Shown piece by piece: positions 9,470 through 17,947 of a stretch of 64,000 nucleotides of DNA; the stretch's first letter is position 1, and the number at the start of each line of letters is the position of its first letter. The stretch is from an uncultured Phycisphaeraceae bacterium. GTDB taxonomy: Bacteria > Planctomycetota > Phycisphaerae > Phycisphaerales > UBA1924. A model generated the notes under the pieces. The model did not search any database. It saw only the letters and a program-made list of their open reading frames with translations, and was not told the origin of the DNA. Location: NCBI GenBank assembly GCA_964611125.1, contig CAZSZO010000006.1, forward strand, positions 1 through 64,000, given 5' to 3'. The position numbers were made by a program, and so were the translations under genes.

Positions 9470-10609
9470 ATGACCATCTCCATCCGTGTTCAGTCCTGGC
9501 AGCTCGGTCTTCACTTCCGGCACGGCGACTTCGCCGGCATCCTGGGCCCCGGTCGCTACCGCCTCTGGCGCAACGCCCTGCCCTGGAGCCGCGCCGGCGA
9601 GTCGATCGAGCTGGTCAACCCCGGTATGCCGCGGGTCAGCCACCCGCTGCTCGACGTCCTCGTGGCCGATCCGCGCTTCGCGCAGGCGGTTCACGTGGTC
9701 GACCTCACCCAGGATGAGCGGGCGCTGGTCTGGGCCGACGGCCGTCTGGCCTCGGTTCTGGGCCCGGGTCGCGCGGCCTTCTGGAAGGCCCCGGCCAAGA
9801 TCGAGGTCGAGCGGTTCACGATCGATCAGCCCCGACTCGAGCACCGCCGGCTCGAGGCGATCGTCGATCACCCCGACGCGGGCCGCTGGGTGGAGACCGT
9901 CAACGCCCTCGAGAACCACGAGGTCCTGCTCCTCCGCAACGGCCAGCTGGTCGGGGCCCTCCAGCCCGGCCGGCACGCCTTCTGGAAGGGCTCGGGCCGC
10001 CTGGGCGTCCTCGCCGTCGACAAGCGCGAGCAGCTCGCCGATGTCGCTGGCCAGGAGATCATGACTGCCGACAAGGTGACCCTCCGGGTCAACTTGCTGG
10101 TGGCCTTCCAGGTCGTCGACGCCGTCAAGGCGCTCACCGTCGTGAACGACTCGTCCCAGGCGGTCTACCGCGAGGCTCAGCTCGCGCTGCGGGCCGCCGT
10201 GGGCGCCCGCACCCTCGACGCCCTGCTGGCCGACAAGCAGGCCGTCGGCGGGGAGGTCGCCTTCGCCCTGGGCGGGCGCGTCAAGGAGTTCGGCGTCGCC
10301 GTCCGCTCCGTCGGGATCAAGGACATCGTCCTTCCCGGCGAGATGAAGACGATCCTCAACTCGGTGCTCGAAGCCCAGAAGCGCGCCGAGGCGGAGCTGA
10401 TCAAGCGCCGCGAGGAGACCGCCGCGGCCCGCAGCCAGGCCAACACCGCCCGGCTGCTCGCCGAGAACCCCGTGCTGGCCCGCATGCGCGAACTGGAGCT
10501 GCTCCAGGGCGTGCTGGCCGGAACCAAGGCGACGTTCGTGCTCGGCCCCGGCGACGTGGTCGGGCAAGTGCGCTCGCTCCTGGCTCGCGACGGCGTGAGC
10601 CCGTCCTGA
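9470..10609 (+). CDS. SPFH/band-7 (stomatin/prohibitin-like) domain protein with N-terminal GPGR..FWK repeats
   Basis: The C-terminal half (VTLRVNLLVAFQVVDAVKAL...AVYREAQLALRAAVGARTLDALL...AQKRAEAELIKRREETAAARSQA) is typical SPFH plus a coiled coil. The N-terminal half has three roughly 60-aa repeats (ILGPGRYRLW, VLGPGRAAFWK, ALQPGRHAFWKG). No N-terminal TM segment is present. Confidence 0.75.
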   Translation: MTISIRVQSWQLGLHFRHGDFAGILGPGRYRLWRNALPWSRAGESIELVNPGMPRVSHPLLDVLVADPRFAQAVHVVDLTQDERALVWADGRLASVLGPGRAAFWKAPAKIEVERFTIDQPRLEHRRLEAIVDHPDAGRWVETVNALENHEVLLLRNGQLVGALQPGRHAFWKGSGRLGVLAVDKREQLADVAGQEIMTADKVTLRVNLLVAFQVVDAVKALTVVNDSSQAVYREAQLALRAAVGARTLDALLADKQAVGGEVAFALGGRVKEFGVAVRSVGIKDIVLPGEMKTILNSVLEAQKRAEAELIKRREETAAARSQANTARLLAENPVLARMRELELLQGVLAGTKATFVLGPGDVVGQVRSLLARDGVSPS

Positions 10610-10874
10610 ACACCTCTCCCCCACCCGGCCAGCGCGGTCGGACGTGGAGATCCAACCGTTCCCCGCGCCGCCGGCTCTGCGGCGGCGCGGGGAGTCCATC
10701 CATCCCCGGACCATGGACGGTCCGGCTCGGTCGTCATGGGCCGCCGACCCCGCAGAGCCGGGGTCGGCGGTCTTTCTGCGCGCCGAGCGCAGCGGATCTC
10801 AACGGATCTCCGCGGACCTCGCCTGCCGCCGTGCCGCCCGGCGGGCGCGGGCTCCCCGGGTACAATGCCCTTTG

Positions 10875-12029
10875 ATGACCACTCCGAAAGGCCCATCGCG
10901 CTCCAGAAGGTCGCCTTCCGTCCCCAGCCCTGAGTCCAAGCCAGCCCGCCGAGCTTCCCGGTCCGCCGGCGCTTCCGCCTCCGGCCCGGCGCCGTCGTGG
11001 TCGCACCCGCATCTTCTGGGCCTCCAGGGCCTCACCGCCGAGGAGATGCGGCTGATCCTCCGCAAGGCCCGCGGCTACCAGCACGACGCCGCGGAGCCGC
11101 CGCAGCCCGATCACCAGATCCTCGCCGGCAAGGTGGTCGCCAACCTGTTCTTTGAGGACTCCACCCGCACCAGGATGTCCTTCAGCCTGGCCGCCAAGCG
11201 GCTGGGCGCCCAGGTGGTCGACCTCACCTCCACCGATTCGTCAGTGAACAAGGGTGAGACCATCCGCGACACCGCCGCGAACGTCGCGGCCATGGGCGTC
11301 GACGCCATGGTCATCCGCCACCGCTCCAGCGGGGCCGCGACGCTCGTGGCCCGGGCCGTGGGCGGCACGTGGGGGGTGTCGGTCGTCAACGCCGGCGACG
11401 GCCGGCACGAGCATCCCACCCAGGGGCTGCTGGATGCGTACACCGTCGCCGAGAGTTTCGGCCGCCTGGATGACTTCGACCTCTCAGGCCTGCGGATGGC
11501 GATCGTGGGCGATGTGTCGAGCTCGCGCGTGGCCCGGTCGGATATCGCCGCGATGACCGCCCTGGGGGCGAAGGTCATCTGCGTCGGTCCGCCGGCCCTG
11601 GCGCCCGAGAGCCTGCGTGTGCTGGGGTGCGAGGTCAGCCACGATCTCGACGCGGTCATCGGCGAGGTCGACGCCGTGAACGTCCTGCGCATCCAGTTCG
11701 AGCGGCACAGCCCGGGCGGCAAGGCCGTGCACTCCGGGGCCGCCGCGGCGGGCACCGCGGGCGCGCGCATCGGCGGGGCCCTCCTTGCTGCGGGCGCCCC
11801 CCTGGCCAGCGTCCGTGAGTACGCCGAGTTGTACGGGCTCTCCGTCCGCCGGGCCGACCGCATGAAGCAGGGCGCCATTATCCTGCACCCCGGCCCGATC
11901 AACCGCGGCGTCGAGATGACCGCCACCGTGGCCGACAGCGAGAAATCAGTCGTGCTCCGCCAGGTTGGCCACGGCGTGGCCGTGCGCATGGCGGCGCTCG
12001 ATCTCTGCCTGGGGGTCGGGCGCGAGTGA
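10875..12029 (+). CDS. pyrB: Aspartate carbamoyltransferase catalytic subunit
   Basis: It has FFEDSTRTRMSF (STRTR carbamoyl-phosphate site), HPTQGLLD and the R..IVGD motif. The start MTTPKGP was chosen upstream of a short S/P/R-rich N-terminal tail, so the start is uncertain. Confidence 0.85.
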   Translation: MTTPKGPSRSRRSPSVPSPESKPARRASRSAGASASGPAPSWSHPHLLGLQGLTAEEMRLILRKARGYQHDAAEPPQPDHQILAGKVVANLFFEDSTRTRMSFSLAAKRLGAQVVDLTSTDSSVNKGETIRDTAANVAAMGVDAMVIRHRSSGAATLVARAVGGTWGVSVVNAGDGRHEHPTQGLLDAYTVAESFGRLDDFDLSGLRMAIVGDVSSSRVARSDIAAMTALGAKVICVGPPALAPESLRVLGCEVSHDLDAVIGEVDAVNVLRIQFERHSPGGKAVHSGAAAAGTAGARIGGALLAAGAPLASVREYAELYGLSVRRADRMKQGAIILHPGPINRGVEMTATVADSEKSVVLRQVGHGVAVRMAALDLCLGVGRE

Positions 12030-12072
12030 CGGCCAGCTCACGGCCAGCTCACCGTCGGCTCTCAGGGTCAGT

Positions 12073-14193
12073 TCACTGCAGCTCCGCCCCTTCCAGCACG
12101 CCGTCCTGGTTCTTGTCCATCGCTTCAAACTGCTTGACGAGGCGGGCCGGGCACTCGCTCCGCTGAATCTTGCCATCGTGGTTCTTGTCGAACATCTTCA
12201 GCAGACGCTCCGCCCGGCCGCCCGGGCCGTCGTCGGGCTTGCCCTCACGATCTGGCCGATCTGGCTCAGGGGGTGTCGGGCCCCCCTCCTCACCCGGCTG
12301 GCTGTCCAAGTAGTACTCGACGTAGCCGAGCATCATCTCGTCAGTGGTCTGCGGACCCCACCGGACCTCCACGCCCGGGTTGGGGTTGGCGGGGTTGCCG
12401 GCGCTGTTGTCATAGGCGGCCGTCAGCCGCAGCGTTTCACCTGATTTCACCGGGAGCGGCTCGCTCAACTCGTAGCGCATCTGCCAGTTGAAGTCGTACC
12501 TCGGCACATCCAGCAGCATCACCGGCGCCGACCCCCGGCGCACCAGCTCGTACCGCATCGCCTTCCCCCGCGTGTGCATGTGCGGCATGAACGACAGGAT
12601 CCGCGCGTCGCGCGGCACGCGCAGCTCCGCCTGCTCGATGTGGTTCGCGTCCCCCGCCGGGATCCGGATCTTCCGGTTCGCAATCCCTGTCACCTCCACC
12701 GGGTGGGCCGGCGGACCCTCGGCGAACATCAGCCCCAGACGCGTCTGGTCGGTCGTCGCCTTGCCGTTGGGCGTGTAATGCAGCTGAAAGATCAGCAGCG
12801 AGCCCTTGGGCAGCAGCTTGGCGTAGCCGGCCGGGTACACCGCGGGGCTCCCCCCGGGCACGTACGCCGCGAAGTACGTCCGCGTCTCGTCGATCAGGGC
12901 CGAGAGGGGTCGCTTGGGAAGCTCGCCATCCGGCCCCGGCGGCACGGCGAAGATCAGCACGTGGTGCACAACCGACCGATCCGTCGGCAGCACCTCGATT
13001 CCGCGAACCCACTTGTCTTCGGCCAGCTTCGTCTCCACACGCACGTGCCGGTACGGCATCACGCCTTCGGCCTTCACGCTGATGGGCTCGGGCAGCTGCA
13101 CCACCAGGTCGGGTTCGCCCATCGTCCACGCCCCCGCGAAGATCCGCGGCAGCGGGGCGTCTTTGGGGTCGCCTTCAGGCCGGTCCGACGCGAGCCACGC
13201 GAGCAGGTCCTTCCGGTCTTCGCTCGACAGGGCCCGATCGTTCCTCCAGGGCGAGACGCCGCCATCGGCCGGCGGCGCCGCGTGCCAGGGGGGCATCGTT
13301 CCATCGTCCACAACCGACGCGATCATCCGCGCCCGCGATGAAACGCTGGCGTAGGTCTCGAGCGTGAACGGCCCGACCCCGCCCGGCCGGTGGCATGAGA
13401 CGCAGTTGTCCTGCACGATCCGCGAGATCCGGTTGTGGAAGGTGTTCGCCGCCGGTGCGGCGCGGCCCGTCGATCCGCCGCCGGCCTGCGCCGGCTTGAA
13501 GCCAAGCACACACCCCGGGGCCGATGTCGCGCCCACCGTTGGGCGCTCGCCCTTCATCACGCTCGCCAGCGCATCGCTCAGGTATCGGTTGCGCGGCTCG
13601 GGCAGCGCCGTGCCCAGCGCATACTGGTCATCGATCGCCCCGCGATACACGAGCGTCCGCGCGGAGTCGAGCACGAACACCTCCGCAGTCGTTGTCGCCC
13701 CTTCCGCGCCTCCAGCCCCCAGCGCCAGCGCGATCAACCCGTCGCGGTCGGCCAGCACCGGACCCTTGAACGCGTGCCCCTCCGGCCCGCAGTGCCGCCT
13801 GAGTTCCGCGACGCTGTCGGCTTCGCCCGAGGCGACGAACACGAACGTCACGCCCTTGCTGCGGAACTCCGACTCCAGACGAGCCAGCGCGGGCCCGTAC
13901 TTGCGCGTGATCGGGCAGGACGCGCTGGTCATCGCAATCACCACCGCCCGCGGGCGAGCGGCCCCGCCCCCGGGCTCAAACACGTCACCGAGTTCGAACT
14001 TCGCTCCCTCCAGCGTTCGGCCGCCGAAGTCGCGCACCCGCCGGCCCAGGCCGAGAGATCGACCATCGATCGGCGCCGCCACGCGGGGCGCCCGGTCGGC
14101 GGGGTCGCCGGCGCTCGGTCCGACGGCGAGGGCCGCCGCGCCGCAGCAGAGGAATCCCAGGGGAAACAACAGGCGAAGCGTGGGGGTGAGCAT
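12073..14193 (-). CDS. Secreted multidomain protein: thioredoxin-like (AhpC/TSA-type) domain, planctomycete-type heme-c (CxxCH) domain and a C-terminal EF-hand pair
   Basis: The internal start MLTPTLRLLFPLGFLCCGAAALAVG gives a signal peptide. VIAMTSASCPITRKY shows a redoxin fold with a single Cys. NCVSCHRPGGVGPFTL resembles the PSCyt1-type cytochrome c motif. The C-terminus (KMFDKNHDGKIQRSE...AMDKNQDGVLEGAELQ) has two EF-hand loops. Confidence 0.7.
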   Translation of the reverse strand: MLTPTLRLLFPLGFLCCGAAALAVGPSAGDPADRAPRVAAPIDGRSLGLGRRVRDFGGRTLEGAKFELGDVFEPGGGAARPRAVVIAMTSASCPITRKYGPALARLESEFRSKGVTFVFVASGEADSVAELRRHCGPEGHAFKGPVLADRDGLIALALGAGGAEGATTTAEVFVLDSARTLVYRGAIDDQYALGTALPEPRNRYLSDALASVMKGERPTVGATSAPGCVLGFKPAQAGGGSTGRAAPAANTFHNRISRIVQDNCVSCHRPGGVGPFTLETYASVSSRARMIASVVDDGTMPPWHAAPPADGGVSPWRNDRALSSEDRKDLLAWLASDRPEGDPKDAPLPRIFAGAWTMGEPDLVVQLPEPISVKAEGVMPYRHVRVETKLAEDKWVRGIEVLPTDRSVVHHVLIFAVPPGPDGELPKRPLSALIDETRTYFAAYVPGGSPAVYPAGYAKLLPKGSLLIFQLHYTPNGKATTDQTRLGLMFAEGPPAHPVEVTGIANRKIRIPAGDANHIEQAELRVPRDARILSFMPHMHTRGKAMRYELVRRGSAPVMLLDVPRYDFNWQMRYELSEPLPVKSGETLRLTAAYDNSAGNPANPNPGVEVRWGPQTTDEMMLGYVEYYLDSQPGEEGGPTPPEPDRPDREGKPDDGPGGRAERLLKMFDKNHDGKIQRSECPARLVKQFEAMDKNQDGVLEGAELQ

Positions 14194-14214
14194 GCAGGAT
14201 CCTTGGTCGCCCGG

Positions 14215-14292
14215 GCCGCCAACTCCGCCCACTCCGCCAACTCCGCCCGGTCGGCCCGGTCGGCCGGGTCGGCCGGGTCGGCCGGGTCGGCC
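14215..14292. repeat. Tandem 9-bp repeats (3 x aactccgcc, then 5 x cggtcggcc/gggtcggcc) immediately upstream of the 12073-14193 gene
   Basis: Direct reading of ccaactccgcccactccgccaactccgcccggtcggcccggtcggccgggtcggccgggtcggccgggtcggcc. In the long ORF frame it would encode (GRP)n, but it lies 5' of the signal-peptide Met. Confidence 0.6.
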
Positions 14293-14431
14293 CCTGCCGC
14301 GGCGCCGGGGATCTCGACCGCGTCCGACGCCCTTCCACCTACCAACGCCCGGGCAAGCTGGTTCTTGCACGGGCCGGGGTGGTGGGTAACAATCGCCCCA
14401 TCGTTTCCAAGAGCCCCTCCCCAAGGCCCCC

Positions 14432-15058
14432 ATGACCCCAGCTTCGAGCCCCAACACCTCCCTGCCCTCCCCTAGCCCGGGCCTGCTCCTGGTGATCTCC
14501 GGCCCCTCCGGCGTGGGAAAAACAACGATCACCCGCGCCGTGCAGGCCGCGTTCCCCGGCTCGGTCTTCTCGGTTTCCGCCACCACCCGCCAGCCCACCC
14601 CCCAGGACCGGCCGGGCGTCGATTACGACTTCGTCACCGACGCCGAATTCGACGCCATGGTCGCTCGCGGCGAGTTCCTCGAGTGGGCCAGCGTCTTCGG
14701 CAAGAAGTACGGCACCCCGCGCGGCTGGACGGTCGAACGCCTCACCGAGGGCAAGCTGGTCATCCTCGAGATCGACGTTCAGGGCGCCCAGCTCGTCAAG
14801 CGGGAGATGAACGAAGCCTTCTGCATGTTCGTCCTGCCCCCGAGCGACGAAGCCCTGATCGAGCGCCTGCGGGCCCGCGGCCGCGACAGCGAGGAGACCA
14901 TCCAGCGCCGCTTCAGCGAGGCCCAGCGCGAGATGGCCACCGCCCGCACCTGCGGCGTCTATGACGTCTTCCTGGTCAACGCCGACCTCGACGCGACGAT
15001 CCTGCAGGCGATCTACGCCGTGCGGGCCGCCCAGCAGAATCGCGCCGCCCGCGCCTAA
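14432..15058 (+). CDS. gmk: Guanylate kinase
   Basis: P-loop ISGPSGVGKTT, the SATTR and YGT motifs, and a length of 208 aa. Confidence 0.85.
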   Translation: MTPASSPNTSLPSPSPGLLLVISGPSGVGKTTITRAVQAAFPGSVFSVSATTRQPTPQDRPGVDYDFVTDAEFDAMVARGEFLEWASVFGKKYGTPRGWTVERLTEGKLVILEIDVQGAQLVKREMNEAFCMFVLPPSDEALIERLRARGRDSEETIQRRFSEAQREMATARTCGVYDVFLVNADLDATILQAIYAVRAAQQNRAARA

Positions 15059-15104
15059 GGCTCAAGCCGTCGCTGAAGGCGTCACTCTGGCCGTCCGCCG
15101 TCCA

Positions 15105-17606
15105 TCAGCACCCGCCGAAGAACGCGGCGATGAAGTCCGACAGGTCATCAGGGTCGGCGTTCCCGTCGGCGTTGAAGTCCGCCTGCGGGCACGGGGGCGT
15201 CGCGAAGAAGCACCCGATGTAGTCCGACAGGTCGTCAGGGTCCACCACGCTGTCGGCGTTGAAGTCCGCCGGGCAGCCCACCGGCGGGCCGGCCTCGACC
15301 GTGATGACCACCGTGTCGGTCGCCGTCAGCCCGTTGTTGTCGGTCACCGTCAGCGTGAGGGTGTGGGGTCCCACCCCCAGCGGCACGAGCGCCGTGGCCG
15401 ACGGGCCGCTCGCCAGGGTCAGGGCGCCTTCAGTCCAGGCGTAGTTCGCGATCTGGCCATCGTCGGTGCTTGCCGACCCGTTCAGCGTCACCGGCTCCGA
15501 CCCCGAAAGATCGGTGTCGATCAGGATCTGGTCGGGCCCGGCGTTCGCCGTCGGCCGGGCGTTGACGGTGATCGTCACCGTGTCGGTTCCGGTGGCGCCG
15601 GCGCTGTCCGTGACCGTCAGGGTCACGGTGTGCGGTCCGGTCGTGAGGTTGACGATCGCCGAGCTCGCCGCGCCGTCGGCCAGCACCACGGGCCCTTCGG
15701 TCCAGCGGTAGTTCACGATCGTGCCGTCGGGGTCGGTGCTCGCCGAGCCATTGAGCGTCACCGGCTTGGATCCGGCGCCGTCGGCGTCATTGATCAGCTG
15801 GTCGCTGCCGGCGTTGGCGGAGGGCGCCACGTTGGCGGGCTGGGCCCGCAGGCCCGAGGTCGGCCCGGCGAAGTCGAAGGTAAACCCCTGCACCTGGGTC
15901 GCCGCGATCCAGTAGAAGTAGGCCTGCCCGGGCGCTGCGCCGGTGTCGTCAAACGTCACCGTTCCCGCCAGCAGCGCCGCCGGGGTGATCTGCGTCGCCG
16001 TCGCCCGGTCGTTGACGGTGTTGCGGAAGATCAGGTAGGTCCCGTTGGGCACGTTCGACCAGTTCAGCCGCACCTTGTCAGTGAACGTGCCGTTGCTCGC
16101 CGTAAGCACCAGCGTGTTGCCCGTGCTGAAGCTGATGCGGTACAGCTGGGACTCGGTGGGATTGTCCGACTCCGTCACGCGCAGGTACCCATCACCGGCG
16201 GGCATCAGGATCTGCGAGATCACCTCGTTGCTCCCCGCGGCGTTGACATCCTGGGTCACGATCGTGCTCAGGCCGTTGGCGGCCAGCAGCTGCAGCCGCA
16301 GGTTGGCTTCCGCCAGGGCGTTGTTCGCCGTGCCGGTGGTCTGGCATGATCCGTTGTTGTTCTGGTCAAGGTCCAGGTACGACGAGCCCACCGGCGTCAG
16401 TGTGGCCGACACCAGCAGCGGGCGGGTGAGGGTGAAGCGGTGCCAGTCCTGCTCGCCGTTGGCGTCGATGCTCAGCGTGCTGCCGTTGGTCACCGCGGGG
16501 CTCGGAAGCGTGCCCAAAGTGATCGCGCCCAAGGCGCCGAATGAACCGAAGAACGTCGCCGTTCCCGCGGTGTTGTCGGCTTCGTTGGGGTCGCCGTAGT
16601 TCCGCTGGCCGCCGCGGATGTCGTCCTGCTGGGGGCCGTCAAAGCCGGTGGCGAGGCTGGGCTCCATCAGCTTGGTGCCGTTGGACGGGCAGGTGTGGGC
16701 GAAACCCAGACCATGCCCGTGCTCGTGCATCACCGTGTTCCGCAGGAAGCGGTGGCTGTTGGTCGAGCTCCCCCAGCTCTCGCTGGAGTCGATGACCATG
16801 TCGCCGTCGTTGGGGAAGCTGTTGTACGCCAGCACGCCGTTGCCGCCGTCGAGCGACTTCATGCAGATCCGCACGTCGCCGCGCCGGCCCGCCACGCCCC
16901 CCGAGCCCCACGCCGCGCCGTCGTCCCAGTCATTGCCGCCAAAGGTGACCCGCTGGTAGTTGATCCCCGTCAACTGGCCCCACCGGTTGAAGCTCTCGGT
17001 GATCCGCTGGATCCACAGCGCCCGGTTACCCCCGAACTTGCTGTCCATCTGCGCAAACAGCGTGCTCGCCTGCGTCCCCTCGCCCACGCCGTTGCTGTTG
17101 ATGCTCAGCCCGTCGGGCACGAGCGACCACAGCAGCGTGATCGGCTCCCCAACGCCGCCCACGCTCGTGCCGTTGGTCGCCGTCTGCGTCCAGCGATCCG
17201 CCGCGTTGTACTGCGGCAGCAGTTGATAAAGCTGGCTCTCCAGGAACTGGATCACCTCGGGGCTCGGAGGCTCGTCAGCGCTGTAGCACGCCAGTACCGG
17301 CAGCGTCACCGCCGTGGCGTCGTTGGGCGCCTGCGGCAGCCACCGGCGCGGGGCCGACAGCATCTCGTCGATCTCTTCGCGCATCGTGCACGGGCGGTCC
17401 CCGCGCATCGCGGCCACATCACCCGGGGTGAACCGGGCCGTCCCGGTCAGCAGACTCTCTGTCACCGCCCGTGCGAGCATCCCGCTGGACCGCGCCGTCC
17501 CTTCGCCTGCCGGCCGGGGATCCACCGGGGCCTGAAAGCCCTGAGCCCCGGCGGCCAACGCCAAACCGATCGACGCGCACACAGCCAGCACCAGCTTGCT
17601 CCGCAT
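15105..17606 (-). CDS. Secreted metzincin-type zinc metalloprotease with 2 PKD-like repeats and a C-terminal double dockerin-like Cys module
   Basis: Start MRSKLVLAVCASIGLALAAGAQG gives a signal peptide, with GGAGG 8 nt upstream. The zinc motif is HEHGHGLGFAHTCP...KLMEP (HExxHxxGxxH). There are two roughly 93-aa repeats ending ...HT(V/L)TLTVTD..G.T.TDTV.ITV. The C-terminal tail is GCPADFNADSVVDPDDLSDYIGCFFATPPCPQADFNADGNADPDDLSDFIAAFFGGC. Confidence 0.75.
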   Translation of the reverse strand: MRSKLVLAVCASIGLALAAGAQGFQAPVDPRPAGEGTARSSGMLARAVTESLLTGTARFTPGDVAAMRGDRPCTMREEIDEMLSAPRRWLPQAPNDATAVTLPVLACYSADEPPSPEVIQFLESQLYQLLPQYNAADRWTQTATNGTSVGGVGEPITLLWSLVPDGLSINSNGVGEGTQASTLFAQMDSKFGGNRALWIQRITESFNRWGQLTGINYQRVTFGGNDWDDGAAWGSGGVAGRRGDVRICMKSLDGGNGVLAYNSFPNDGDMVIDSSESWGSSTNSHRFLRNTVMHEHGHGLGFAHTCPSNGTKLMEPSLATGFDGPQQDDIRGGQRNYGDPNEADNTAGTATFFGSFGALGAITLGTLPSPAVTNGSTLSIDANGEQDWHRFTLTRPLLVSATLTPVGSSYLDLDQNNNGSCQTTGTANNALAEANLRLQLLAANGLSTIVTQDVNAAGSNEVISQILMPAGDGYLRVTESDNPTESQLYRISFSTGNTLVLTASNGTFTDKVRLNWSNVPNGTYLIFRNTVNDRATATQITPAALLAGTVTFDDTGAAPGQAYFYWIAATQVQGFTFDFAGPTSGLRAQPANVAPSANAGSDQLINDADGAGSKPVTLNGSASTDPDGTIVNYRWTEGPVVLADGAASSAIVNLTTGPHTVTLTVTDSAGATGTDTVTITVNARPTANAGPDQILIDTDLSGSEPVTLNGSASTDDGQIANYAWTEGALTLASGPSATALVPLGVGPHTLTLTVTDNNGLTATDTVVITVEAGPPVGCPADFNADSVVDPDDLSDYIGCFFATPPCPQADFNADGNADPDDLSDFIAAFFGGC
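15279..15836 (-). repeat. Two tandem roughly 280-bp PKD-like coding repeats inside protease 1
   Basis: Repeated protein segments A.AG.DQ.I.D.D..GS.PVTLNGSASTD.DG.I.NY.WTEG...LA.G.S....V.L..GPHT.TLTVTD..G.T.TDTV.ITV. Confidence 0.6.
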
Positions 17607-17947
17607 GACGGATCCTCCAGATTGGGCAGATTCCCAAACCCCACACCCCGACCGACCCTGAGCCTCAGCAAACAACGCATTTCGCCCCGCGGCCGGCCAA
17701 GACCGGCCCAGCCGACACCGCCGCCGGCCGCGATGAAGTCGGGCCAGGCGGCACGCGTGTACCTCTTCGCCCCAGCCGTCGACAGGTTCCCGAGTGAACA
17801 GAAACCGGCCGCGCGGGCAGGCCGAGCGGACGAACGCACCACTCATTATGCGCTGAGATGGGGTTGGGGACACCGACTCGGGCATGATTCCAAGATCGAT
17901 CCGCAAATCGATCTCAAGACCGATAACCAAATCGTTCGAGCCTCGCC

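Noticed and set aside
9224-10714. 496-aa minus-strand ORF
   Set aside because: It is antisense to the SPFH gene. Its translation is a low-complexity run (GAG/RR) with no domain signature.
14207-14598. N-terminal extension of the 841-aa ORF including (GRP)n and (GGV)n collagen-like tracts
   Set aside because: A clear signal peptide begins at the internal Met at 14193. The upstream segment is more plausibly a non-coding tandem-repeat region than a cytoplasmic collagen-like leader. It is kept as a finding with uncertainty.
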